From contig JAAOMT010000128.1 of assembly GCA_016748015.1 (NCBI GenBank), forward strand, positions 1,185,538 to 1,249,537: DNA of 64,000 nt. The letters run 5' to 3'. Numbering within the stretch: position 1 is the stretch's first letter; each line of letters starts with the position of its first letter. Source of the DNA: Geosiphon pyriformis uo1 (lineage: Eukaryota > Fungi > Glomeromycota). Of the stretch, positions 48,856-62,154 are shown piece by piece. Both the position numbers and the translations under genes were made by a program. The notes below the pieces were generated by a model. That model made no database searches. It was not told the origin of the DNA and saw only the letters and a program-made list of their open reading frames with translations.

Positions 48856-51695
48856 TCATTTTGAGGTGTTTGCAGAAGAAATTCTATCAGCAGCAGCTTC
48901 TACTTTTTTCTTAAACTCCTCTACGTCATTCATTGAATGGGCCAACGGGCGAAGTTCATTAGTATCGAGAAGAACAATTGTAAGTTTGGTTGCCTGAGCC
49001 CCCTTCATTCCAAGGCTCTACATGAAATATATTAATAACCAAAATTTAGCCCCAAAGATATCATATAATATTTTTGATGACAAATAATAGTTAGTATAGA
49101 TGAATATTTTTCAGTTTACAGAAATCTAGGGTTTACCAAGATATATAACAGAGGAATAACCAAAAGAAATTATAGGGAAATTAAAAAATTACCTTGAGAG
49201 TCGCTTTAACCTTTGGGAAAAGTAAATTCCCCAATTTTTGTTTCTTTTCAAGATCCGGTTTCTGTTTGATTGAATCTAAGAACCGTTCAATAATATCATA
49301 ATCTGAATCGTGAGCACCATTGCTTTGGGTTGGCTCAGTAGGGATCCTTGTAATGGTGTAAGGTTCAGCTGGTGGGGTAAGAGGAGTAGGAATGGGGGCG
49401 GGGGTTACGGCTTCAGAAGTACTAGGTTTTTGGGGAATAGGAGTGGGAGATATATCATCATCTGCACTGGTACACTCCAAAGCTGCGGCGGCTTCCTGTA
49501 TCTTCCTGTTAAGAACCTCGGGATTGAAGTAGCAGAGCGAGCGTTCTTTTTTGCTTAAAGTCATAATCATTTCAAGTATTTCTTCACTATTATGTGGCGC
49601 AACTTTTTGTATAACTTTAAAGAACTTTTCCCGCTCTGTGAGTGGGGGGTGATTTTGTGGAGGGTAATTTTGTGGAACGAATGAAGGGGCGCTGACATTA
49701 GCAATGCTAGGCTGAACAGGGTCATCAGCGGTACGAAGCTTTTGCCTAGCTTCGTAGATCTAAACCCAGTTTGAATAAGAAAATAGAGATAAATAACAAG
49801 GCTTAACAGAAATTTAGCTTAGATAAGGCAATCGGAATATTCAGAATTTTGTAACCTTTTGTTGTAGAACAGACGCATCTTTTAGCATATAACACACATC
49901 AGCTACTTTCATGTTCACCAGCTGCTCTATGATAGGATTGACTTCATCATTAGGAACACTTGGTATTTGTCTGAACCGCTTTTGTAATTCCGACATCAAG
50001 ATCTCTTTACGCGCCTTAGGTGCAAGGCCCTCAAGAACGCTTGGATCGTATTCGTTTACCGCATTGATCGGAAGTTGATCAGAATTTCGACGAGAAGGCG
50101 CCCGAGATTCAGATGGAGAGATGGTGCCGCCAAAATTATTAGGAACTTTTGCTTCACGCATTTTCTTGGGTTCATGAAGTCTAACGACGATTTGTTTTGA
50201 CCCAAGCATTTTGTTATTCATCGAGGTCTTTGCACGATCAGCCTCTTCAGAAGTGGTATAGCTCACGAATCCAAACATCTTGGAATTACCAGTCTCTTGA
50301 TCTCTCATGACACGTGCACTGATTATGCGCCCGAATTTACGGAATTGTTGGAAGAGATCACTGCTGGATATATTTGCATCTAGATTTTTTATAAAAAGAT
50401 TGCATGGATCTACTAAAGGGCCTTCTGGACCAGGTGATTGTGGTGTATTGTAAGTATTTGCAGGGAATTGCGGCTTGAAAGAATTTTAAAATGTTATGTG
50501 GGAATTTGAAAAAATTCAAAATCGAAATGCCTATATAAATTTGTCTCCTTACGCTAGTGTTTCCGTTCGAAACCTGGACAGGTGTACGACTGTTTGTAGA
50601 TTTTTGTGTACGAGGTACGAATTGGGTAACAGAACTTGATCGAGGTAAAAAAATAAGCGTCAGAATCTTAATTAGGCACTAATTAGATTCATTATTGTGA
50701 ATCCTGTTTTATACAATTATTCAAAAACCCTAATGGAAGTTAACAAATAAAAGTATAACTTACATAGTCTTGCCATCTAGTTCAGAGCAATTCTAAATCA
50801 AGCAGAAATTAGGTGAACAAGGTTATTCTCGTGTTTACGATAACAAGAGAATTGATAATTTTATACAAAGTGGAGATAAATCAACTTTAAATCTTAATTA
50901 CCAAACCCTGCATTGCTTTTTCACCCTGGGCCATGCTATAAAATTGCACGAGACCTTGGTTCTTAAGTTGACCAGTAGCCTGGTCAACAAAAACTTTCAC
51001 CAAATACAAGGGTCCATATGGTCGAAAGAGGTGGAATAATCGAACGTTATTGCAGCCTTGAGGAAGCTGCTTGACATGCAATGTAAAAGGTTCTGCTATT
51101 GGTTCACTTAAATGTGCGGGTTTGATATTCAAATATAATTGTGATTTGTAGGCTTCCAAAGGAGTTTTATTATGAACGGCCAAAGCTATTTCGGCTTGAA
51201 AATTGAATCGAAGTAGATCAAATTAATTTTGAATTTAATGGTGATATGATTGATCCGAAAGTATTATATAGTCAATAGGTGGCAAATTAAGGGCGATATT
51301 ACGAAGAGATTACAATATATACCAGATTCTAAGGAGCCGAAACGGACGATGCCAGTAGTATTGCTGCCGCCAAGTGGTTGACGGTTGATTTCGACTCTAT
51401 GAAACAAACAAAAAAATCAAGGGTGTATTTCTGCTCTAAATAACCGAGCTTTAATGAAGACTTTTGGAAAAAGCAGCCAAATAACTTACTTCAGTGGCTT
51501 CACATCAGTGAAAAAATTTGACACCTCGTCCTCAGTCATACTTTGGGGCAGTGGTCTTATATATAATTTGGGCTCGTCCAAAAGCGAGTCAAGGTTGGGG
51601 CCGTGTGTTTGCATCTTAGGTGTCGTAAAAGTGGGCTGGTGCTTATTAGAATAGTGGACTGAATCTTTAATCAATAAGATATTATTGGTCGTCAT
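48856..51695 (-). CDS. rrm4: Rrm4-like mRNA transport protein (3 RRM + 3 MLLE/PABC-like domains), multi-exon
   Basis: Three RRMs (KLYIRPLP; TLHVKQLP; VDPCNLFIKNLD...KMFGFVSY) are followed by three helical MLLE-like units (RKEILMSEL..., LSKKERSLCYFNPEVL, KKQKLGNLLFPKVK...KLTIVLLD). This is the architecture of Ustilago Rrm4. Confidence 0.8.
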
Positions 51696-54172
51696 TTCCC
51701 GAAGTGAGACTATAGAACTCTATTTAAAAAAGGGATTTATGGAAAGGATAACAAGAAACATACAGCCTAGACAGCTTAGAAAATGGCTGTAAGTGTTTTT
51801 TTTTGCATATAGCGAAGCAGAGGTATGGTTACCGTTGCGAAGGTTTGTGGGTCATAAGAAATACTTGATAGAAATTCATTGCCAAATCATATGCACTATG
51901 TAAGAAAGTTTGTGATACGTGACAAGAATTTAGGTTTGGGAGATTTTTTGGCCAATAAAACCTTTTATTCAGTAATAGAATCCGAGAATGGATTGATCAA
52001 TGATTTTTTTTATTGCCCCTTTGCAATCTGCAGCAGATCACTAACCCTTTCGTAAAAAACAGATTCAAAGATGGTTTTGAGAATCAAAATGAGCATGCTG
52101 AATTCCTCATTTTGACCTAACCATCTTTCAATTCTCCATTATTTATTCATGAAATAACCGAAAAAGGTTTCTTATTATCAATTTTGTAAAAAGAATTATG
52201 TTTTGACAAATGACAATAAAGATTTCTTAAAAAATAGTCAATAATAAGAAGTTGAAAAAAATTGACAATAATAAATAATTATACATTAATAAAATATAAT
52301 ATTCAAAAATCATTTATTTAAATTTTGTTAATTATTATTATTATTATTATTATTTTTATTTTTTTTTACTTTTATTATTACTATTATTATTATTATTTTA
52401 TTTTATTATATTCTATTTATTTTGTTTTATTTTATTATATTTATTTTATTTTATTTTATTTTATTAAACAATAAAATATGGTTTAACTATTACTATTCAA
52501 AAAAAATATTATTATTAATTAGCTAATAAAGTATTAATATAAAAAAATACACAATAACATAAAATAACCAGTAATAATAAGTAATAATTAGCAATAATTA
52601 ATATTAATTAATAATTGTTAATAATAATAATAACTAATAATTAACAATAGTAAATTATTTAATATAAAAACAAATAATATTAATTAGAAAAAATATTTAA
52701 AAATTAAAAATTAAAAACTATTTTTATTTTTAATTAAAATTTATTTTTATTTTTTTATTTTAAGATTTATTTTTTATCAAAATTGAGTAAATATGAAAAG
52801 TGAAAAAGGAACACATAAATTTAAAACATTAATATTGTAATTTTTTAATATAATTTTTTATTTAATAATAAATTTTAAAAACATAAATTAATTAATATTT
52901 TAAATTAATAATTATTAATAAAATATTAATTTTTTATTTTTTTATTTTTTGCTTCTATTATTTAATAAAGTAATACAATTAAAAAAATTAAAAATTAACT
53001 TTAATAGAATTCATAAATTTTATTAAACTATTTAAATAACCAAAATAAAAAAACTAAATTAAATATAAAATTAAGTTTAATTATTGATTTTTTAGACTTT
53101 AATTAACAAAGTATAAACAAAAACCAAAATAACTTTAATGGTTAAATTTTTTAATATAATAAAAATTTTTAACCAACTGTTTAAACACTGTTTTTTAAAT
53201 TTGTAAGTTATAAGTTAAATACTCATAAATCTATTATAGTATTTAATCAAATTAAGAGTCAGTCTTATAAATAATTTTTTAGCAAGTATTGTAAAAAAAT
53301 TTTGAATAATAAAATTTCTTTGGCCAATAATTTGCTTAGTGCTTTTTATAGTGCTGGCTATTTTTTAATATCCAAAATATTAAAAAAATTTTATTATTTT
53401 AACATGATTTATTTTTTGAAATACTTTAATATTGTATTTAAAAACAAATTATTAAATAAGCATAAACAAATAATGATGAATTAAAAAACTTTTTATTATT
53501 AAAATTGAGTTTTAAAAGTCTGATACTATTGTGATTTAAAAAAATTTTGGTTTATATAAATAATTTCTCAATTAAAACTAATAAGATTGCTTTTAGCTTT
53601 AATTGCTTAAATTTTTTTTACTTAAAAAAATTTGCAAATATTTAAAATTATTTACACAAGTTGTAAACAGAAGTAATAAATGTTTATACTAATAGTTTAT
53701 TAAAAGCTTTAAATATAATAAAGATAACTAATAGAACAGTAACTTATTTTTCTGAAATTAAAATAAGTATAAATGTTAAAATACATAAGTTGTTGTTTTT
53801 GATTATGATAAAATTACAAATAATTATTTGGTATTAGAATATGTTTTCTTTTTTTGCTTAGTAGTTTTACATATAAACTATTAAATTATTATTAATATAT
53901 ATATTTTAGAGCTTAAATTCAAATTGTTTGATTTTTAAAACAAATATTAAATAAAATATTATCATATAGTTAATTTAATTAAGTTAAAAAATATTTTTAT
54001 AAAGTAAGTTAAGATTAAAAATTATTTAAAAATTGTTAACAATAACTAAGTAAATAAAACTTCTTTCTTTTGTACATCCCAAATTCCCCAAAAAGCACAA
54101 TTTTGAAAGAAGTTTTTTTGTTTTTTCTATCTGTTTTATTTCACTATTTCTTTTACACACAATTCATTTGTT

Positions 54173-56047
54173 GTGGATATGAAGGCTGTCTCTAGTGGCA
54201 GTTTGTCAAGTTTAAAGGCTCCTTTGGGTGTTTTTTCTGGTCCTGCTAGTGGTTCTTTTTCACAAAAGAAAAGAGTTTCTCTTTGCAATGTCAAGCATTC
54301 TGGTGTTAAAGGTAGTGTTTCTTTGACCAAACCTTATTCTGATGGAGACATATACTCTGATATGGAAAGTGATTCTAGTAGTAGTATTGTTGATAAAGTT
54401 CTGGTCAATAGTAGTAATAAGTCTTTTCTTGGTTTGGTGGCTACAACTCCTAAAGCAAAGAGAGTTAAAAATAATTTGGCCTGTGGTGCCCCTCTTGGTT
54501 TTCTGGATTATGACATGGATGATGATGATAATGGTTTCCTCTCTCCCCCTCTTGGTATTTTCTTGGAAAGAAAGTGGTTAGATCCCAAAATAATCAGAAC
54601 TCAGGTGGAAGTTGCTGTGAAAAAATCTTTTGCTCTGGACATTAATCTCTCAGCTGTGGAAGGCAAATCGGTTATGGCCAAAACTCAAGTCATCAGAAAA
54701 TTGTTTTCGAAAATCAATAGTTTTGGGGGGGGCCACTACCCTCTCAAAATTTGAAGAGATCATCCGATCGACGTTTACATCTGAGGAGAGCATGAGGAAA
54801 GCTGTGTTATTGGCTGAAAAAAAAGGGATTGTCGTAAACAATGATGTGAGAAAACAAGGGCTTTATTCAGATCAGGCTGTGGTGATCAAAGAAATTCCCA
54901 TGAATATGCCAAAAAAAATGATTATTGCTGCAGTTTCTGAGTTTGGGCAAATTAAGTCAATCAAAATTCAGTTGGTTGGTATGTGGCAGAAAGCTGTGGT
55001 AGAATTTGCCGATTCAGATCAGACTGTGCAATTGGCTTCAAGATGGTTGTTCCTGATTGAGAAAGATTCGGTTCGTGTGGCCATGGCTGTGGAAGATCGC
55101 AATATATGGACTTCCAGAGATCAGTTTAGAGTGCTGTTGTTTACTTTGCCAGTAGAAACAACTGCACATGATCTTGGCAATCTTTTAGAAAAGACTGGTG
55201 GAAAAACTTGCATCATCAATTGTTCATTGGAAACTGACAATAGATTTCATTGTGCTGTGGTTGGTTTTGAATCTAATGAAGAGTTGGATTCTGCTTTTCT
55301 TACTGAGCCTATTTTTGGTGGGATGCATCTCTTATGGACTAGGTTGAATTTGGTTTGGTGTGGGAAGTGTGAGCATATTGACTATTCTATTCTGAAGTGT
55401 GATGCATTGGTTGAGTCATCTTCTGGCCTCCCAAATATGTTTAAAAAGTCTGCTTCTGGTTTTGATTGTCTCTAGTTAGCCATATTGTATACAAAAAAAA
55501 TGTTCCTATCTCTCACTCTGTTGCATTTGGCGGAAAATCATGGGCCCAGGTGGTGTCTCTTGTCTTCCCTTCTGGTGGCTCTTCTTCTGGTTTTGGTTCA
55601 CTTTCTAGTGGTAAGCCTATCTCTTTTGGTTCTTCTGGCCCTCAGGTCGATGGTTTGGGTGATTATTTGGCAGTTCTAGAGCGTTCTTTGGAAATTCTTT
55701 CAGATCAGATGTCTGTTATTCTTAAGAAATTGAGTTTTGTTGATCTGGTGCCTTTGGCATCCACTTCTTGTGTTCTTCCTGTGACTGGTTTGGTACCTTC
55801 GGCTCCAGTTGCAGGTTCAAATATGGCTTTGGATGATGTGTTGGCTCCATCTGCCCCCTCTCTGTCTAGTTATAATGAATCTGCTGCTGGTCTTAGTTCA
55901 AGTGGTTCTAGAGTGCTTACCTCCAAGATGGGCGGTTTGGAATCCAAATTGTCTGCTCTGGAGGCTTCATTCGGTTCGATCCTGGCGAGGCTAGATCTCT
56001 TGTGTTCTGGTTCGGGCTCGTCCTTCTTCCTTCATTCCAATGAGTGA
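54173..56047 (+). pseudogene. LINE ORF1 (RRM-like repeats, degenerate CCHC knuckle, coiled coil)
   Basis: AVVIKEIP...GMWQKAVVEF, FRVLLFTLP...GGKTCII, CGKCEHIDYSILKC. Frameshifts occur at the G-run ~54725 and near 55475-55500. Confidence 0.8.
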
Positions 56048-59000
56048 CCTGGTTTGGAAATTCACTATGTGTAATGTACGGAGTCTCAGTGTTTCTGCTA
56101 AGCAAGTGGATGTTCTCCATTGGCACGTAGATTCTGGTTCTATGGTCTCCTTTTTAACTAAGACAAAATTGAGATCCTCTGTTGGTCCATGAATCAAGGA
56201 TAAATATGAAGGTGTCCATATCTTTACTTTTGGGTTAGACATTGGTTTTCTCGGTGCTGGTGTTGCCATTATTATAAACAATTCTTTGGCTCATCATGTC
56301 TCTAAGGTTGAAAAGTCCCTGGCTGTGTTGTCACTGTGTGGCTTCTGTTCAAGAATAAACTTTCAGTTTCTGTTATTGAATTGTATGCTGGTGCTTCTGC
56401 TGGTGTTCGTTTTGGTCAGGCTTCTGAGGTAAATTTTCTCATTGCTAAGGCTATTAACTTTAGCACCTTTGTTGTTTTGGGTGAGGACTTCAACAAAAAT
56501 GGGTCTGGAAGGAATGTGAGCTTCAGGTTTTACTCGAGTTTGGGTTTGGTCAATTTGTTTTCTAGTCATCCTTTGGTTGGGGCTATTATATGGAGTAATT
56601 CTAGGGGAGTTGAAAGGACAATTGATTTCATTTTTGTTAGTGAGAATTTGGCTTCTGCTGTGGCTGGCCATAAGATTGGCCCAGTTTTGGACTTTTTCAA
56701 TACCAATCACAATACTGTTATGGTCTTTGTTGGTTTGGAAGAGCTCTTGAATGTCCGTTTAAATAGCTTGCGCAAGCAGGCTAACAGAGATTACTGGAAG
56801 TTTAATATCAAGGATATGGATGTTACTGAATGGTCTTGTTTCAAGGACTGCTCCTTTGTTAAGGTTTTGGGTATGAAGAATAATTTTCTTGCTACTACTG
56901 CTGAGCAAGATCAGGATGCTATGTGGTTTCTGCTGGAAAAGGTGTTGGTGGATTCTGTGGATAAAATCTTTTCTTGGCATTAGTTCAGTGAATTTCAGTG
57001 TTCAAAAAATAAACAATCCTCTAGGTTTATGGGCTTAGAGTTGCTAATTGTCAAAATTGTCAAGAAATTTGGCTTGGCTAATGTCTTTGGTTTTGATTGT
57101 CTTGTGAAGAAATGGTCTACGTTGGATGCTGTTAAGGCTCTCGTGTTAATGGATATGGTTTAATCGGATCAGAGAAAAGATGCTGTTCTTAAATTCTTGT
57201 CAGTCATCAAAAAAGAGTACAAAAAGTCCAGATTGTATGAATCGAACTTGGCACAAGAGACTTCTATCAGAGAAGCTATTGAAAAGCACATGGGGAAGTT
57301 TTGTTCTGACAAGGGTAGCATGATTAGGAGTGTCTTGGATTGGCCCTTTCGAAAGATTGTGTTGGATCATTTAGTTGTTGACAATGAACTTGTTTTGGAG
57401 TCTGAGGAAGTAAAATTGAAAGTTGACAGTATTATGGAGGATTAGATGAGGAAGTGGATGGTGCCTTTGATGCTGCCTGATCTCTGGGCCCGTCAGTATG
57501 CTCCTTTGGCTCATGTTAAGAACGATGCTTTTTCTGGTGTTATGAGTACTATCACTTTGGATGAATTGCTTTTGGTTGTTGGTGATTTGCCTGATGGCAA
57601 GGCTGCTGGTTTGTCCAGCATTCCTAACAAACTTTGGAAATGGGGTGGTGAGGAAGTATTGGGGTGTCTCTTGATCCTGTTGAATTTGTGTCTGTCTGTT
57701 GGTTTAGTATCTGCTTTATAGAAGAGGGCCTGGGTCTCGATGATCCCAAAGCCTTATGATTGGGATGGAGTTCTGACAAACACTTGCCCTATCACTTTGT
57801 TAGAGATGACCAGAAAGATTCTTTCAGATAGAATTTTTTTTGTGTGCAGTAGGTTTGGCGTTCTCCGTGGTAACAATTTCTCAGTGTTAAAGGGTACGTC
57901 TACACAATCTCTTATATTTGCTGTTGGATCAGTGGTTGAGGATGCTCTTAAGAAAAATAGGGAACTTTGGTTAATTTTACAGGATATGCGCAAGGCATAC
58001 AATTCTGTTGGTTGGCACTACTTAAGGACTAGTCTGCGGCATATCAAAATGTGTGGCAGATTTATTGACTTTTTTGGTAGTATTCATAAAGACATAGTTA
58101 ATAGGGTGATGACTGATTTTGGTTTTTCGAATGGTTATAGGGTGCATAATGACCTTGATTAGGGTGAAGTTTTTTCGCCTTTCCTTTAGAAAATCTTTTA
58201 TGACCCACTTTTGTGTGAAGTTAAAAGGCATGAACATTTGTGTGGTTATTGTATTGATATTAAGTTTGTGGTGAGAACTGGCAGAATTGAGAATAGTGGT
58301 GGGATGTCTTCGTTCTTTGCTGCTGGCACTTTTGTGGATGATACAATTTGGGTTGGAGATTGTCAAGCTTCCATGCAATATGCTTTAAATATCACTAATG
58401 AGTTCTTTTATATCAATGATATTTCCATAAACAATGAGAAAACAATGGCTATATCTATTAATCAGGGTGTTAAAGTTGCTGCATTAAGTATAAATGGTCG
58501 ACCAATTTCTATTGCCAGGAAGGATGAAGCTTACAGATATTTGGGAATTTTTCTGTCAACTGAAGAGTTGTCTAAATCGAGTTTGGCCAAGACTCACTTG
58601 GATGTTCGTTTCTTTGTCAACAGGGTGCTCAGGAAGGTGATCACGAATAAGCAGTTTTCATATTTGGTGTCGGCTGTTTTGCAGCCTATTGTTAGTTATC
58701 GTACTTAGTTTAGTTTTGTTTTATCTGGTGTTTGCCGCAAGTAGGATGTTTTAGTTAAGAAGAGCTTCAGATCTAAGGCACATCTATCTTGTGATTTTCC
58801 TAATGCTGCTCTGCATCATCCTTCTCTGTATGATCTGAAATCCTTTAAGCAAGTGCAATCTGAGGGGAAGATGGCTTCTTTGGTCTTGTTTACTAATGTA
58901 TCTGGTATTCTTAGACACTTGTTTGAGCATAGGTTTTTGGATTTACAGGTTCTGAGTTGGGCCCCTTTGGATCCATTGCAATACCCTGTCAAGTTGCGTG

Positions 59001-60718
59001 TTAGTCCGGTAAACAATTTTTTAGCAGGTGTGGTAAAGATTTTTATGAATTTTGATTTTTCTTTGGTGAACAATCTTCCTAATGCTTTCTGTTATCCTGG
59101 TCGCTTTTCAATGCCTTCAATCCTTGGAAAATCTTTATATTTCAATTCTGTTTGTTCTCTTAAGTGTTTTGGTGTTGCTTTCAGTGATTGGCTTTTTGAT
59201 AAAAAGGGGTTGTTGTTGGATTGGAAGATGTTTTATCATTGGAAGCATTTGGATCCACAGAGTCCTGTGCCTTTTTGGTTCATGGTTGCTTCTAAGTACT
59301 TTTTGGATCAGGGTTTTTCTTCCTTTTGCCCGTCTGTTGTCGTTTGATCTGGTAGTGTAAACATTTTGGAGTCTGATGTGTTCTCTTCTATGCAGGATGG
59401 TCTACATGAGATTTGGTCTGGCTGTTTTGAGGCGTATATGGATGGGTCTTTGAAAAAGGCTGGATCTGCTGATGTGTTAAGTGGTGCTGCTGTGTATTTC
59501 CCAGCTGTGGGATTGGGTGTTGGAATCAAAGTTTGTGGCCTGTTGTCTTTCACTATGGTGGAGTTGCAGACTGTTGCTCTGGCTTTGGAATGTGTTCTTT
59601 CATCTAGTTCTGTGGTGTTGTATCTTGACAGCCAAGCTGCTATCAATGCATGTATTTCTGAGATGTTGCTTGAGGTACCAGATTTTCACAGTTGCTGCTG
59701 GGTCAAGAGGAGACATGTTTTCAACTTGATTAGGGATAAGGATCTTAGGGTGAATTGAATCAAAATCAAAGATCATGCTAGTGTCCTTGGCAATGTGGAA
59801 GCCGATAGATTTGCTAGTGAGACTGCCTGCTCCTCTTTTGTTTTGCCGATGAGAATACAGGAGTGTTTTTTGGTGGCTGATGACACGGTAGTTTCAGGCA
59901 ATGCCCACCACTTTGTTAGAGACGTGTTTAGGTCTATTTGTCGTGCTCGTTGGGAGGCTGGTCCTGGTTGGGATGTGGTTTCAGCTAACATGTTGGGGGA
60001 TTTTGATTGGGCTGCTTCTGCAAAGGTCTGGCACCCTGACTCTCACATGTTCACTGGGTTTACTAGCCACAAGTTGGCAGATCTTTGTACATATTTGATG
60101 AAGGCATTACATAAGAGGTTGCCGGTAGCAGTCAGAAAGAGGCTGTATAACAGATGTTACCCAGGTGTTTAGTGTTTGTTGTGTGGTGAGGTGGAGCTGC
60201 CTGACTATGTTTTCACTTGTTCACAGGATGTTCATATCCAGGGGGAGATTTTGCTGGAGGCTTCTATGCGGTGGGTCTCTTTGGTTAGTGTTCATGACCT
60301 GTCTGCTTCCTCTGTTCTTCAGGTCCTTGATTTTTGTCATTCAGACGTTAGCAGATATTTGGTTTTATGTAAGGGTTTTGTGTTGAAAGTTTGGTGTATT
60401 GAGGCAGCAGGTGTTTTCGATGATGTTAAAGAGGCTTCCCATATTGTGATTGACTTTGTAAGGTTTTTGGCTGAGTTGCATCAATCTAGGGTCTGGTTGG
60501 TTAGATCTAGGTTTAAGGCAGACATGGAGAGGACTGGCTTAGTCAGTGATGATGGCTTGGTGTTGGGTCTGTTCTGTTGTGTATCTTCTGTGCTTTCTGA
60601 TGGTGTGGTAAGGATGCTTGACGTCGCTGAGTCTTTTGCTATTAGTTTTGGCCGTCTTAAGCCTTGCCTTTTTTTTTCAGGTCTGGATGGTGGACCTCGT
60701 GTTAACATTAGTGTGTAA
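56040..60718 (+). pseudogene. LINE ORF2 (APE endonuclease, RT, RNase H, C-terminal zinc finger)
   Basis: APE: CNVRSL, GEDFN, IDFIFVS, TNH. RT: KAAGLSSIP, QDMRKAYNSV, FVDDT, YLGI. RNase H: YMDGS, ELQ, DSQAAI, GNVEAD. ZnF: CLLCGEVELPDYVFTC. Multiple stops. Confidence 0.92.
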
Positions 60719-61764
60719 TGATGCTTAGATTGGCCTGAGTGGCTAGTCACATGTTGTCAATGCGTGAATCGTGTTTAGTTTGGGCCACTTAGTTTGGCTC
60801 TATGTACTAGATAACGGTTGGGCTTTACTTATTAAATGCTTAATAAAAAAAAAAAAAAAAGTAAATGTTTTCATATGTGATATAACACAGTTTTATTTAA
60901 TTTTTTTTGTTAAAATTCATAAAAAATTTATTATAACTAATAATTTAGTTATGTTAAACAATGCTTTGTTATTTTATTCACAATATATATTAGTCTGTTT
61001 ATTATGTTTAATAAGAAACAGATCTTAGAGTAAAAATTATAAATAGTTTATTTATTTAAAATATAAATTAAATCTGTATTGTCTTGATTTAATATTTAGA
61101 TTCTTATATACTTTTTAGATTTACTAACAAATTTTCAGCTATCTTTTGCATATACTTAATAAAAACAGTTTATAAGAAATTATTTATTACAGTTAAAAAA
61201 AAATTTTATAATAAAAATTATCTGAACATTTTGTGTTTGATATATAGAAATGTTAAATTGCTTAATTATACTTTTATTTGCTTAAAAAATATCTTTGTAT
61301 GTTTTGAAATTTTGTTTAATTATGTTAAACTGTAAAAGTTTTTAGTAAAAACTTATTTTTTATTATTTTTTTTAATATTATACACTCTTTTTTTGGAAGC
61401 TTTAGATGTTAATATTTATGCAATTTTGTGTAAAGATTTTATTTTTAAGAAATAAATTAATAAAGCAGTGTTAATTTTTAATAATAATAAAAAACTATGT
61501 TAGCAATAATTAATTTTATTTGTAGTTTGGCTAAGAAAAATTGTAATAAATTATAATTATTTAGGTCTAAGTTCAGGATAAATATAAAAAAAAGTGGTTT
61601 AATAAGTAATAATAAAATATTGCCCAATGTTTTTGTGGCCTATTTAATTTTTTGTTGGCTAAAGTGATTTGTTTACTTAATATTTAAGTTATTTGTTATT
61701 AATTTTGAATTGCATAAAGTTTATTTGTTTTTTTTGTGTAAACAATAGTATAAAAATTTATATA

Positions 61765-61908
61765 GATATATAGTATTGTCTTAATTAATCTAAGTACTGG
61801 TTACATATAGTAAGTATATAAGTCATATATAGTTAAAATTACTTAGTTTGTTTCTTTATATTAGATAATAATTAGACTGTATTCATTAAAAAAAAATAAA
61901 AAAAAAAT
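61765..61908 (+). mobile_element. Isolated LINE-type 3' tail with A-rich end
   Basis: attgtcttaattaatctaagtactggttacatatagtaag...acttagtttg...tagataat...cattaaaaaaaaa aligns with the other tails. No ORF is recognisable upstream. Confidence 0.6.
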
Positions 61909-62154
61909 TTAACTTTAAAATTATTTTTTTTATAATTATATAAACAAAACATTAAAATTATTGTTTAATTTAAATATTTTTTGGTTATTTAAATTTTAAG
62001 TAATACTTTTATATTATTTTAAATTCAAAAAAATTTAAAATACAAATTTAATATTGTTTTTTGTGATTAAATTTAATTTAATTCTTAAAATTAAATAATT
62101 TAATAGATTAATTAAATAAAAACATATATAATATATTTTATTTTGCTTTTAGAA

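Larger units (their letters stand above)
54056..60860 (+). mobile_element. Near full-length decayed LINE (ORF1 plus ORF2 APE-RT-RNase H-ZnF, poly-A)
   Basis: There are two long interrupted frames and a poly-A at ~60845-60860. A possible TSD AAGTAAAT lies at 54048-54055 and 60859-60866. Confidence 0.92.
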
